Positions 7,259-17,497 of a stretch of DNA of 64,000 bases are shown one piece after another. The position numbers and the translations under genes were made by a program. The stretch's first letter is position 1. Every line of letters begins with the position of its first letter. Source of the DNA: Bacillota bacterium (lineage in GTDB: Bacteria > Bacillota > Clostridia > Christensenellales > CAMQZB01); the NCBI GenBank assembly GCA_044426045.1, contig JAWXUX010000007.1, forward strand, positions 26,318-90,317. Reading direction: 5' to 3'. Under the pieces are notes generated by a model that saw only the letters and a program-made list of their open reading frames with translations, was not told the origin of the DNA and did not search any database.

Positions 7259-9148
7259 TTATTTGAATTTAATCACTGATTTATATTCAACGTTTTTACC
7301 GATTTCTCTCACCAAGACTGTTGCTCTTGTTCTGTTAACCGGATTATCCATTGTTGTTAGAAGGTAAACTTTTTTGCCTGTTGCATCGATTTCATAAACC
7401 ACTTCAATAGTGCCGTCAGAAACTGTAACAACTGCTTTTCCATCGTGGACAGCAATTTCTTTTGCGTCGATAATGTGTTCATATCCATTAGCATTATAGC
7501 CGAAATCTACTGCTCCGTCAATTGTTTTTGCACTAGCTTTGAAGCTTGCTTCAAAATGTTGCAAGAAATCGCAAGTATTTTCAACTTCGCTGTCAACATT
7601 GAATGTGTCAAGGATAGAATCTTCAGTGATTGTTAAATCTCTTGTGTAGCCAATTCCTTCATAACAGTCAGGTTTTGTTGCTTTCACGTGAGTTGCGCTG
7701 TATTCAACGCATTGACCTGGTGTGAATGACGTGATGTCAACACCATTACAGATAACTGTGTTGTGTGACATTGTTTTTCTGTGCCATTCGTTGCAAAGTC
7801 TTGCTCTGTAACCCGCGTTTGAAGGGTCTCTTGAAACCAAAACGTCATTATATGTGAACTCGATGTTCATGATGTCAGGGTGAGCATGTGATTTTGCATT
7901 CAAACCATATTTCAAGAACAAGTTGAATTTATCGTTTCTAAGCATTGCGTAGTTAGATTTTTCATAGTTCTTTGGTGCTCTTTCAATAGCAGTGTATTTT
8001 GTGAAATCAAAATCGATATTGAAAAGCAATCTTTCAATTGAATGTGTGTTGTTGATATAGAAAGGTTCAGAAAGTGGCAAACCTTGTCTTACAGTTGGTT
8101 TAGATTCGAAGAATTTGAGCATGTTGCCGTATTCACTGTCTTCACCATAAATTCTTGCCATTGCATCGAATTGGTAGCTGTATGTTTTGAGGTTAAGGTT
8201 TGGCCAACCATCGTTTGGATTTGGGAAATAATCGTTGTCAAAGGCATAATGATAGATTTCTTTATACATTTTTTCTACGATTGCTGTTGATTTTGCACCG
8301 AAGTCATAACCGTACAATTTCGCAAATACTACGAGATATGAAACACCTTCAAGAAGGAACATGTTATAGTGAGTTGAACCTTCATACCAGAAACCGTCTT
8401 CTGTTACACCTTCAGCAAGCTGTCTGTGCATACCAAATTCGCCATTGAAAGCAAATTCAACCATTTCTTCGTTTCCGTTAACAAGACCCATAACACCCAT
8501 AACTGCGTCATACCAACATCTGATGTTGTGAACTGATTCAGTTTGTGGTTTCAATACTTTATAAATTTCATTGAACCAGTTGAAGATAACTTCTTTAGTT
8601 TCTTCGTCGATATATTCTTTGATGATTTCGTATGTTTGAGCAACACGGATACCGATGATTGATTCGTTCAAGCCTTGTGGCATGATTCTTGCAGAACCCC
8701 AACCCATTTCTTCAACAGTTTCATAAACGTCAAGTTCTTTTCTGTGAAGTTTGAAGTTTGTGTAGTTTTTGCCATAGAAGTTGATGATCATTTTGACATA
8801 GTCAAGATATTTTTCTTCTTTTGTTGCTTCATAGATTGCTGCTGATGCAAGCATGTTTACGATTGCAGTGTTGCGATAGAAATATGTCCAAACACCGTCA
8901 AGCACGTCGCTTTTGAATGTTTTTCCACAAACTTCACAAACGTGGTCGTGTGGTTTATCAAGATCGAAAATCAATCTTCCGCCATCGTCGTCACAGAAAT
9001 AGTAGTGACCCCATTGGCTCATTTTTTCTGAATCGTCTGAAAAGTTTTCCATAAAAGGAGTAACTTTTTCAATCATGTCGTCCAAAGATGCTTTATACTC
9101 TGGAACTTCGTTCATGTACTTTACAAAATTATCATTAACGTATTTCAT
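7259..9148 (-). CDS. heparinase II/III-like family protein, no signal peptide
   Basis: KSHAHPDIMNIEF and DPSNAGYRARLCNEWHRKTMSHNT motifs. The ATG at 9148 (MKYVND) lies 7 nt after the upstream stop, whereas the tracked start 9187 overlaps the upstream gene. Confidence 0.8.
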   Translation of the reverse strand: MKYVNDNFVKYMNEVPEYKASLDDMIEKVTPFMENFSDDSEKMSQWGHYYFCDDDGGRLIFDLDKPHDHVCEVCGKTFKSDVLDGVWTYFYRNTAIVNMLASAAIYEATKEEKYLDYVKMIINFYGKNYTNFKLHRKELDVYETVEEMGWGSARIMPQGLNESIIGIRVAQTYEIIKEYIDEETKEVIFNWFNEIYKVLKPQTESVHNIRCWYDAVMGVMGLVNGNEEMVEFAFNGEFGMHRQLAEGVTEDGFWYEGSTHYNMFLLEGVSYLVVFAKLYGYDFGAKSTAIVEKMYKEIYHYAFDNDYFPNPNDGWPNLNLKTYSYQFDAMARIYGEDSEYGNMLKFFESKPTVRQGLPLSEPFYINNTHSIERLLFNIDFDFTKYTAIERAPKNYEKSNYAMLRNDKFNLFLKYGLNAKSHAHPDIMNIEFTYNDVLVSRDPSNAGYRARLCNEWHRKTMSHNTVICNGVDITSFTPGQCVEYSATHVKATKPDCYEGIGYTRDLTITEDSILDTFNVDSEVENTCDFLQHFEASFKASAKTIDGAVDFGYNANGYEHIIDAKEIAVHDGKAVVTVSDGTIEVVYEIDATGKKVYLLTTMDNPVNRTRATVLVREIGKNVEYKSVIKFK

Positions 9149-9155
9149 TTTATTC

Positions 9156-11150
9156 TCACCCAATCTCAATAATTTCACTTCCGTCAATTCTCACAACTGC
9201 GTTTGCAGATGAAGAAATCCCAACTGACGCGAAGTCTTTCGCTAGTATTATTTCATATTTTTTAGCTCCGCTGAATGAAGCAATACCATTTTCAACAGCG
9301 TATTTATAATCAGAATTAGAGAACGCAAAACATTCAAGCATAGTTGCATTCTTCACTTTTTCTGAGCTAGTTCTTGTTGTTTTCAAATCAACTTGGCAGA
9401 ACACGTCTGGTTCTTGAGTTGACATGATTGATTTGATTCTTGTTTCGTATTGTTTTTGTGAAACAGCCGCGTCAGCCACAACTTGATAACCAATTTTGCC
9501 ATATGTGCCAAAATCAAAATCCATTGCGTTATCCGCTTTTGGAGCGCCAACTTCATTTGTGTTTAAAATGATTTCATAGCTGTGTTCTTTTTCGCTTTTG
9601 AAAACGTCGACAAATGCGATGAAGTTCAAATTGTCAGTTACAACAGTTCTTGAAACTTCTTTCATTGCGAAGGCTTCAGGATAAATCAAAGTGTTTGTAG
9701 CTTTGAACACTACCATACCATCTTTTTCGTTAACATAATCGACCTTACCGCGGTAAGAATCGAGCAAATCCCAAAGTTTTCCGTTTTCGCCAACTCTTGC
9801 AAGAGCTGCTGTTTTATATGCGTCGTTTCCGCCTTCTGCATCAGTATAGACACCGTCAACAAGCAATGTGCTGTGGTGGTCTGCCATGATTTTACGGTTA
9901 TAACCATCTTCACAGATAAAGTATTCTCTGCCTTGGTTGATTATGTATGACATGTTGTCCGTGTGGTGATGTGAAAGACCGATTGCATCGATGTTTTCAT
10001 CACGCAAAATGCGAAGTGTGTTTTCCCATTGTTTGTCGCCACCTGGTGCGCTGCATTTCATCGAGAAAGTTTTAGCTTCTTCATCCCAACCGCTTCTGAT
10101 TGAAACAAGACCAAGGTCTGGGAAGTATCTCATTTTTGGAAGATCGTCAAGTTCTTTTTCTTCGATTATTGGATCATAGAACAAGAATTCAAGAGCTGCT
10201 TCTGGATAGATACCAGGTTTGATTTTGCTTTCTGCTGCTTCTTCGTCAAGATATTTATCAAGAACTAGATTAGCATATTTTTGAGCATAACCATCGTTAT
10301 ATTCGCTTGCAACTTTGTAATAAACAAATGGGCAGTGACCACTGTGAATATCGTGGCAATCGCCGAAGTTGTGTTGAACTGCAAAGTTACCAGCTGATTG
10401 ATACAATCTGTAGTAGAATGTGTTTTTAAGGTATCCTGAAACTTCAAAGAAGTCCTTTCCGCCTTGCTGTTTAAGAAGATGTGCATAAACAAACAACCAC
10501 ATACCGCCGTATCTCCAATACGCAATACCTTCATAGTTTGAACCGTCTTCTGTCATAAGGTCATAAACGATTTCAAAGTTTTCAAGAGCAAGTGTTGTGT
10601 ATTTAAGGAACGATTTATCTTCTTTTCCAAGAACGTAGCCCGCTGTTGCGATACCGTTCATGTTTATCCAGTTATGGTTTTGATAGTAGTTTGTTGACCA
10701 ACCATGACCGTGTGATTCAATTTTATATTCATATATGATTTCAGCGTGATGAGCAATTTTGTCATACACCGCTTTCTTTTCTTCTGCTGTCAAATAATCT
10801 TTTACCCAGTCGTAGCCAAGTGAAAGACCCCACAAAATCCAAGATGCACTCAAGTCAAGGTTAACCATGTGAGCATTGCCCCATTTTTCGTAACCTAGAA
10901 CAGCACTCATCCATCTTTTTGTTTCTTCAAGGTATTTTTGATCCCCTGACACTCTGAAACCGAGTGCAAGGTTCATGATTGCAATACCCATGAAAGTGAT
11001 TGATTTTGCCGGATGTTCTTTTGGAAGTTCAACTCCCATATATCTGTCACATTGTGCGATAAGTCTTTCATATTGACCTTTTCTCACGCCAGTGATTTCA
11101 GAGATATATTTATCAAGATCCCCAATAAATACCAAGTTGTTATTTTTCAT
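9156..11150 (-). CDS. heparinase II/III-like family protein, no signal peptide
   Basis: GLSHHHTDNMSYII motif. ATG at 11150 (MKNNNLVF) is preceded by AGAGGAAAA. Confidence 0.8.
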   Translation of the reverse strand: MKNNNLVFIGDLDKYISEITGVRKGQYERLIAQCDRYMGVELPKEHPAKSITFMGIAIMNLALGFRVSGDQKYLEETKRWMSAVLGYEKWGNAHMVNLDLSASWILWGLSLGYDWVKDYLTAEEKKAVYDKIAHHAEIIYEYKIESHGHGWSTNYYQNHNWINMNGIATAGYVLGKEDKSFLKYTTLALENFEIVYDLMTEDGSNYEGIAYWRYGGMWLFVYAHLLKQQGGKDFFEVSGYLKNTFYYRLYQSAGNFAVQHNFGDCHDIHSGHCPFVYYKVASEYNDGYAQKYANLVLDKYLDEEAAESKIKPGIYPEAALEFLFYDPIIEEKELDDLPKMRYFPDLGLVSIRSGWDEEAKTFSMKCSAPGGDKQWENTLRILRDENIDAIGLSHHHTDNMSYIINQGREYFICEDGYNRKIMADHHSTLLVDGVYTDAEGGNDAYKTAALARVGENGKLWDLLDSYRGKVDYVNEKDGMVVFKATNTLIYPEAFAMKEVSRTVVTDNLNFIAFVDVFKSEKEHSYEIILNTNEVGAPKADNAMDFDFGTYGKIGYQVVADAAVSQKQYETRIKSIMSTQEPDVFCQVDLKTTRTSSEKVKNATMLECFAFSNSDYKYAVENGIASFSGAKKYEIILAKDFASVGISSSANAVVRIDGSEIIEIG

Positions 11151-11661
11151 TATTTTCCTCTTTGTTTTTTTCTTGATTAGATTTTTCGATTTCTGTCCAA
11201 ACTTTATCCACAATACCCGCGAATAAATTGTAGAAGACTGTGAAGATTAACGCAAACAAAATTGGTTCACCCGCAAGTGCCACCGCATTTTCTTCATACG
11301 TAAAAATACTAAGCAAAACTGTGTTGATGCCCTGATATACTAAAAATACAAGAATTACAATTACTATACACTTAAAAATTTCAGCAAGGGCAAGTCCAAC
11401 ATTAGCAAAAATGCCGCGATCAAAATACTTCTTGTTCTGTATTTTCCCACGGCGTCTTATGTTGAACATGTTGTAAATAATAGGATGGAAAACAAGCACA
11501 TTCAGTATGCCGACACCGACACCGAGGAAAAATATCAAATCGAGAGGGTCTGTATATTCCGCGAGCGAAGTTCCCATCGCAATGAAGAAATAAGTCGCGC
11601 CAACAAACCACCATCTCATGATCGATATTTTAGTCTTATCTGACATATGTTTTTTTTCCAT
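11140..11661 (-). CDS. small integral membrane protein, unknown function
   Basis: About four hydrophobic helices and a Lys/Glu-rich tail. In-operon. Confidence 0.6.
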   Translation of the reverse strand: MEKKHMSDKTKISIMRWWFVGATYFFIAMGTSLAEYTDPLDLIFFLGVGVGILNVLVFHPIIYNMFNIRRRGKIQNKKYFDRGIFANVGLALAEIFKCIVIVILVFLVYQGINTVLLSIFTYEENAVALAGEPILFALIFTVFYNLFAGIVDKVWTEIEKSNQEKNKEENNEK

Positions 11662-11678
11662 CTTATATTATGTTCCTA

Positions 11679-12164
11679 TTAATATAGTTTTTTAGGTTTT
11701 TTGAATGCAGTTGCTGCAATTGCAACAAAAGAAATTCCAAAACCAGCCATCATCACATAAAGGAAGTTCAAACCTTTTTGGACAACAACTTTTGATGCAT
11801 CTGTAATAGCTGTTTGTTGAGTCAAACCATATTGGAATTCCCAAACTAGCAAGTATCCACAAATCAAAACAAGAGCAACACTCAAAAGAGCGATGATAAC
11901 TTTGCTTTTAACGCCTGGTTCAATACGAATTGAAAATACTGCAGCAATGATACTACACAAAACGAAACAGAACATTTTGAAACCAGAGATATTTCTTTCA
12001 AGTTTCAAAAGTGCATCGTTATAGATATCTGCATAAACCAAGTTGATAAGCATGATTACAACGATAAACAATTGCGCAAGTTTAAGCCAAGTGAAATCTT
12101 CCATTTTGTATTTAACACCAGCAACAATTTTGTCACCGATTGATTTAATGTTAATTTTTTTCAT
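11679..12164 (-). CDS. small integral membrane protein, unknown function
   Basis: Four hydrophobic segments; GGGGTGAAG RBS. Confidence 0.6.
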   Translation of the reverse strand: MKKINIKSIGDKIVAGVKYKMEDFTWLKLAQLFIVVIMLINLVYADIYNDALLKLERNISGFKMFCFVLCSIIAAVFSIRIEPGVKSKVIIALLSVALVLICGYLLVWEFQYGLTQQTAITDASKVVVQKGLNFLYVMMAGFGISFVAIAATAFKKPKKLY

Positions 12165-12174
12165 ATCTTCACCC

Positions 12175-13254
12175 CTATTTCAAAACGTTTGATGTGCCTG
12201 GATCAAAGAAGTGAGTTTCTTCCATTTTGATGTGGAAGTTAACTTTATCTTCAGTGTTGAAGCCTCTTGATTGAACTCTTGATTTGAATTCAAGACCATC
12301 AATAGTGATATATAGGCAATAATAGTCACCACAATATTCTCTGATATCAACATTTGCTGTGAAAACATTTGTTTTGTCTTCTTCAGTAGCTGAAACGATA
12401 GATTCTGGTCTCACGCCGAAGATGATATCTTGATCAATATATGATTTTGTGATTTCTTTTTGTTTTTCAGTTAGCTCAACAATGAAATCTTTTGACACAA
12501 ATTTACCATCATGAATTTTGCCACGAACGAAGTTCATTTGTGGTGATCCAATAAATCCACCAACGAATACGTTTGCAGGATTTTGATAGATATCTTGTGG
12601 AGATCCAATTTGTTGGATAACGCCATCTTTCAAAACAACAATTCTGTCAGCCATTGTCATCGCTTCAACTTGGTCATGCGTTACATAAATTGTAGTGATT
12701 GCAAGTTTCTTTTGAAGTTTAACGATTTCTGCTCTTGTTGATGTTCTTAGTTTAGCATCCAAGTTTGAAAGTGGTTCGTCCATAAGGAACGCTTCTGGTT
12801 CACGAGCAATCGCACGGCCAAGAGCCACACGTTGTTTTTGACCACCAGAAAGTTGTCCTGGGACACGTTTCAAATAATCTGTTATGCCAAGGAAATCTGA
12901 AGTTTCCATAACTTTGTCATGAATATCAACGTCGTCAGTGTGACGAACGATCATACTCATACCAACGTTATCGTAGTTTGTAAGGTTACCATAAAGCGCG
13001 TAATCTTGGAATACGAATGAGATATCTCTATCTACTGGTGCTTTATTGTTAACTTTTTTATCTGCGATATAAAGGTCACCTGCTGAAATTTCTTCAAGCC
13101 CAGCAAGCATTCTCAAGATTGTAGATTTTCCACAACCTGATGGTCCAACGAATACAATGAATTCGCCATCTTCTATTTCAAGATTGAAATCGAAAACTGC
13201 TTGAACATTGCCTGGATAAATCTTGTCAATATGTTCAAATCTTATTGCTCCCAT
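12175..13254 (-). CDS. sugar ABC transporter ATP-binding protein (MsmK/MsmX/UgpC-like)
   Basis: GPSGCGKST, LSGGQKQRVALGRA and FLMDEPLSNLD motifs, plus a C-terminal TOBE-like region. Start overlaps the upstream stop (TAATG). Confidence 0.9.
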   Translation of the reverse strand: MGAIRFEHIDKIYPGNVQAVFDFNLEIEDGEFIVFVGPSGCGKSTILRMLAGLEEISAGDLYIADKKVNNKAPVDRDISFVFQDYALYGNLTNYDNVGMSMIVRHTDDVDIHDKVMETSDFLGITDYLKRVPGQLSGGQKQRVALGRAIAREPEAFLMDEPLSNLDAKLRTSTRAEIVKLQKKLAITTIYVTHDQVEAMTMADRIVVLKDGVIQQIGSPQDIYQNPANVFVGGFIGSPQMNFVRGKIHDGKFVSKDFIVELTEKQKEITKSYIDQDIIFGVRPESIVSATEEDKTNVFTANVDIREYCGDYYCLYITIDGLEFKSRVQSRGFNTEDKVNFHIKMEETHFFDPGTSNVLK

Positions 13255-13718
13255 TATTCAACCCTCTCTTTCGATTTAATAAGTTTTGTTCTGTCAGCTA
13301 TTCTTTTGTAGCTTATAACGCTTGCAACGAAAAGTAACACTGCTGTCACAATGATCATTGCATAAATTGATGTTAGTTTTCCTGTTGGTTGCAAGATAAC
13401 TGGAACAACAAAAAGTGCTCTCACTACCATATAAATACCAAAACCAGTTGCAGCTTTTGTCCAGCCAATACTGTAGATATTCACACGAACCGCTGTTGTG
13501 AACAATACGAATAGTACTGCAATGTTAAACATTGTTATAGCACCCATCATATAGTTTGTAGCAATATTACCAAGAATAACGATTGTGTAGATCAATTCAC
13601 TTAGAATTGAAAACAAAATCATTGAATATGGCAATTTGTTATTTTTGAAAAGTGAAACTTCAACAAGTTTATCTTTTCTTTCAGCTGGGTTATAATTTGC
13701 TTTCATTTTTTGTTTCAT
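13254..13718 (-). CDS. small integral membrane protein, unknown function
   Basis: Four TM segments. In-operon. Confidence 0.6.
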   Translation of the reverse strand: MKQKMKANYNPAERKDKLVEVSLFKNNKLPYSMILFSILSELIYTIVILGNIATNYMMGAITMFNIAVLFVLFTTAVRVNIYSIGWTKAATGFGIYMVVRALFVVPVILQPTGKLTSIYAMIIVTAVLLFVASVISYKRIADRTKLIKSKERVE

Positions 13719-13735
13719 GCTAATCCCCCCACTTC

Positions 13736-14290
13736 TTACGCTTCTACTTCAGCTTGTTTCGCTAGCTTCAAGAAACCAAAATGGTTCTTAGCCATGATAA
13801 AGCCTAGAAGTGCTGTTGATATAATTTGCAATGCATATACTACCCAACCAACATAGAATGCTGTGTATTTTCTGATATGAGCCGTACCACCTTCATCGTC
13901 TACCCATGAAGTGTCAAGGCCATCATAAACATTGTACAAGCTTGTCACTTGCAACAAATTGTAGATTGCACTACCAATGAGAACTGCAAACAATACGCAC
14001 AAAACAATCAATGCGAATTTATCAGCAACTTTCGTTCTAACTTCCATCAACATTGCGAAAACAGCAGTTAAAATAGCCACAACACCAAACTTAAAGAAAA
14101 TTTGGTTAGCTGGTTGCATCATATCATCATGGAAATCAGCCACAAGCTTGTTTTCAGTGTATCTGTTACCGACAAGACCGAACAAATCTTGGTAGTCTGT
14201 CATGAAATATAAAGAAAATACAAATACGAGCAAAGATATTGCCGCAAACAAAAAGAACGCATTCCTTTGTTTTTTCATATTATTTTGCAT
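13736..14290 (-). CDS. small integral membrane protein, unknown function
   Basis: Four TM segments; AAGGAG RBS. Confidence 0.6.
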   Translation of the reverse strand: MQNNMKKQRNAFFLFAAISLLVFVFSLYFMTDYQDLFGLVGNRYTENKLVADFHDDMMQPANQIFFKFGVVAILTAVFAMLMEVRTKVADKFALIVLCVLFAVLIGSAIYNLLQVTSLYNVYDGLDTSWVDDEGGTAHIRKYTAFYVGWVVYALQIISTALLGFIMAKNHFGFLKLAKQAEVEA

Positions 14291-14386
14291 TTTATTCTCC
14301 TTTTACCTAGTAATTTCTTATTTATTTGGAAGGGGAACAAGTCCCCTTCCTCAATAAAATTTCTCTTGTTTTAATATTTTTAAATA

Positions 14387-16420
14387 TTAGTTACCTGACA
14401 TTGCTGCATATGCATCTTGGTATGTTGAAACATAAATTTCAAGACCAGCGTCAAGGTACAATTGATAGAATTCATCGAAAGTTGTTGCAACTACTGTACC
14501 AGTTGGAGCATTTCCAAGAGTGTAGTATTGGATGATGTTGAAGATGTATTCGCCAACTTCATCAGTTTCGATAGTTGTGTTTTCCAAAGCTTCTGTTTGA
14601 CGAGTTGTCATAGAGAATGCTGGTGGTTGCATTTTAGAGTAGTATTCACTACCGTTTGAGTTATCAGTTTCGTCACCGGCATATGAAGAATATACCATGT
14701 TAGAATTGTTTACGATTTCCCAAGATGCGAAACCTTGTGCACCAGTTGTTTGATATTCCATACCGATTTCTTTAACGAAACCTACTGCCATGATTGCACC
14801 AACATAGTCACGAAGGAATGTTGAAGCATCACCTGAAGTGAATGTGTTTGCAGCTTCCCAAGTCCAATCAGAAAGAAGTGGGTATTCAACGCCGTCTGGT
14901 CCGATGTAGTATTCACCTTCAACGATATCCATTGGAAGACCGTAGTTAGCGATGTCTGAACCTTCTTCGCTGAAGAAGAAGTCGAACAATTCAAGTGCTG
15001 CATCTTGTTCTGCTTCAGTTGCTGAAGAAGAGATTGACCAACCATCTGGTTTGATAGCACGAGTATTTTCGTTGTAGTATTGCCATGTTCCGTTGATTTC
15101 AGCAACTGGACACATAACAACTGTTACGCCTTCGTTCAATGATTCACTTGTTGTTGAAGAGATCCAGTCATAAGTCATGAAACCGAATGATGGGTTATCA
15201 GAGTCGTCAGAACCGTAAAGTGTAGTTCTGTATACAGCTGAGTTAGATTCATCATAAGTATCTGAATAGAATAGACCTTCAGCCCACATTTCAGAAAGTT
15301 TTAGAAGACCGTTGTAGAATTCTTCTTGAGTGTATGTGTAGTAGATTTCGCCGTTTTCGTCGAAGCACCACAATGCTGAGTATGAGTCAGAACCGTTAAC
15401 TTTAACACCGTCATAGTAAGTGATAAGTTTCAAAGTATCTTCTCTGTATTTTGAGTATCTTGTGAAGAATGGCCATACTTCTGAAGCTGCGCCATCAGTC
15501 AAAAGAGTTGGGTTTGCTTTAACAACACGAAGAAGAGCTACTAGTTCGTCGATATCGTATGCTGCACTTGTACCAAGGTAAAGTTCAGATGGATCATCGT
15601 ATTGTGGGTAGTTTCTTTCGATATATGATACCAATGCAGTAGCAAGAGTTTCACCATTTGCAACGTCAAGCGCGTTCATGATGTCGATGATGCTTTCATC
15701 AGTTTCTTTAGTGATATAAACGCCTTCAGATGGGTTTACAGTTCCGCCGTATTCACCAGTTCTAGCATTGTCGCCAGTGTAGAATGCAGTGTAGTACAAA
15801 GTCATTTCAGTTGCAGTGTCATAAGTTGTTGTATCAACATCGTCAAGCAATGTAGTGATCCATTCATAACGTGCAACGTAATGTCTAGCTGAGTTACCGA
15901 TTTCTGCAGTGTATGGTACGTGGTAGATTTCACCATCGTATGCAGTGATTGCAGATTCAACGTCTGGGTTTGCAGCAAGGAATGCAGCGAAGTTAGGCAT
16001 TTTGCCTGCATCGATTGCATCAGACAAGCTGATGAAGTATCCAGCAGCACCATAGTTGATAAGGTCTGTTGCGATTGAGTTACCACCGTATACAGTTGCG
16101 TCTGTGAAACCAGTTGTTGAAGCAGTTGCGATCATATCGTCTGCATCAGCATCTTGAGTTGTCACGTCGACAAATTCGTAACCGAAGTATTCTGCAAGAT
16201 ATGACCATACTGGTTTCAACATACCTTGTGTGATAACAGTGCCGTCTGACAATGTCATTGGGCTAGTTTGGTTGTATGTCATAGTTCTTGATGAGTTACC
16301 GAAACCTACGCTGAATTTAACTGTTACAGTTTCTTCAGTAGTTGAACTGCTTCCGCAGCCGGCAAAGCAAGAAAGAACGAGACAAAGTACCAATAGCAAA
16401 GCTAATTTTTTTCTCATCAT
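14387..16420 (-). CDS. large extracellular solute-binding lipoprotein of an ABC sugar importer (LplA-like)
   Basis: Lipoprotein signal MMRKKLALLLVLCLVLSCFAGCGSS. 677 aa. Adjacent to the two permease genes. Confidence 0.85.
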   Translation of the reverse strand: MMRKKLALLLVLCLVLSCFAGCGSSSTTEETVTVKFSVGFGNSSRTMTYNQTSPMTLSDGTVITQGMLKPVWSYLAEYFGYEFVDVTTQDADADDMIATASTTGFTDATVYGGNSIATDLINYGAAGYFISLSDAIDAGKMPNFAAFLAANPDVESAITAYDGEIYHVPYTAEIGNSARHYVARYEWITTLLDDVDTTTYDTATEMTLYYTAFYTGDNARTGEYGGTVNPSEGVYITKETDESIIDIMNALDVANGETLATALVSYIERNYPQYDDPSELYLGTSAAYDIDELVALLRVVKANPTLLTDGAASEVWPFFTRYSKYREDTLKLITYYDGVKVNGSDSYSALWCFDENGEIYYTYTQEEFYNGLLKLSEMWAEGLFYSDTYDESNSAVYRTTLYGSDDSDNPSFGFMTYDWISSTTSESLNEGVTVVMCPVAEINGTWQYYNENTRAIKPDGWSISSSATEAEQDAALELFDFFFSEEGSDIANYGLPMDIVEGEYYIGPDGVEYPLLSDWTWEAANTFTSGDASTFLRDYVGAIMAVGFVKEIGMEYQTTGAQGFASWEIVNNSNMVYSSYAGDETDNSNGSEYYSKMQPPAFSMTTRQTEALENTTIETDEVGEYIFNIIQYYTLGNAPTGTVVATTFDEFYQLYLDAGLEIYVSTYQDAYAAMSGN

Positions 16421-16450
16421 TTTTCTCCTTTTGATAGATATAATAATTTT

Positions 16451-16610
16451 GGGTGCATCTGAAAAATATTAATGCAAAGATTAGTTTCAAAAATTGAGTG
16501 TATTTTTTGCAATGTTTCGAAAAAATACTGGTTGTATTTTGAGAAATCTTGCAGAAAATCAAGCCAATTTTGGGAATTAAGATTTGCGTTTATATTTTTT
16601 TGAGGTGCCC
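16451..16610 (-). repeat. MITE-like palindromic intergenic element, copy 1 (inverted relative to copy 2)
   Basis: Ends are GGGTGCATCTGAAAAA and TTTTTTTGAGGTGCCC. The reverse complement aligns along its length with 21646-21826. The tracked ORFs 16335..16562(-) and 21694..21957(+) share the MIFCKIS opening only because of this repeat. Confidence 0.75.
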
Positions 16611-16615
16611 TATCT

Positions 16616-17479
16616 TTATCCTTTAACGCCACCCATGTTAACACCTTTTGCAAAGTATTTTTGGATGAACGGATAAATCACTAGAATTGGGATGATTGAA
16701 CATATGATAATCGCATATGCCAAACTGTCCGCTGAATACGCAAGTACAACTGAAGATTCTTCATAAATCTTTTGATAGTTTTCAATCAATTGTCTTAGGT
16801 ATACTTGAAGGTTTTGGTCATAGGCATCAGCAAGCAACATTCTTGACCAGTAGTATCCATTCCATCTTGATACTGCGTAGAACAAAGTTACAGTTGCGAT
16901 TGACGCTTTTGACATTGGAACGTAGATTTTAGCAAACAATTGGAATTCGTTTGCACCATCAACGATTGCTGCTTCTTCCATTTCTTTCGGAATACTTGAG
17001 AAATAGTTACGAAGCAAGATAATGTTGTATGCTTGAATACCGAAGGCAAGAACGATTCCCCATCTGCCATTGACACCCATAGATGTGTAGTTGATGTAGA
17101 GTGGGATCATACCAGCTGTGAACCACATTGTGAACACAAGAAGGAAGTTGAACTGTCTTCTGAACATTAGCTTAGATTTTTGAAGTGCATATGCACCCAT
17201 AAGTGAAATTGCCATACTGTAAGCAGTACCAGACAATGTATAGAACAAAGTGTTTGCGTAAGTGATCCAGAACGCTTTATCCATAAGAACGATTTCATAC
17301 GCTTGGTATGTCACGTCAACTGGCCACAAGATAACTTGACCTGTTTCGTATGCTAGTTTACCTGAAATAGATACGCTGAATGCGTAGATAATTGGGTAAA
17401 GGGCACATAGCGAGAACAAAATAACAAGAGAGTATGCCAAAATTTTAAATATGATTTCTGATTTATTAAGTCTATTCAT
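16616..17479 (-). CDS. carbohydrate ABC transporter permease (LplC/YtcP-like)
   Basis: Six-TM MalG-type permease. ATG at 17479 with GAGGAG 9 nt upstream; the tracked start 17485 is TTG. Confidence 0.85.
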   Translation of the reverse strand: MNRLNKSEIIFKILAYSLVILFSLCALYPIIYAFSVSISGKLAYETGQVILWPVDVTYQAYEIVLMDKAFWITYANTLFYTLSGTAYSMAISLMGAYALQKSKLMFRRQFNFLLVFTMWFTAGMIPLYINYTSMGVNGRWGIVLAFGIQAYNIILLRNYFSSIPKEMEEAAIVDGANEFQLFAKIYVPMSKASIATVTLFYAVSRWNGYYWSRMLLADAYDQNLQVYLRQLIENYQKIYEESSVVLAYSADSLAYAIIICSIIPILVIYPFIQKYFAKGVNMGGVKG

Positions 17480-17497
17480 TTTCAACCACTCCTCTTC

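Noticed and set aside
16335-16653. ORFs 16335..16562(-) and 16417..16653(-), plus 21694..21957(+), sharing the MIFCKIS opening
   Set aside because: The similarity is caused by the two copies of the MITE-like repeat in opposite orientation. The ORFs cross gene ends and have no RBS, so they are not a conserved small protein.
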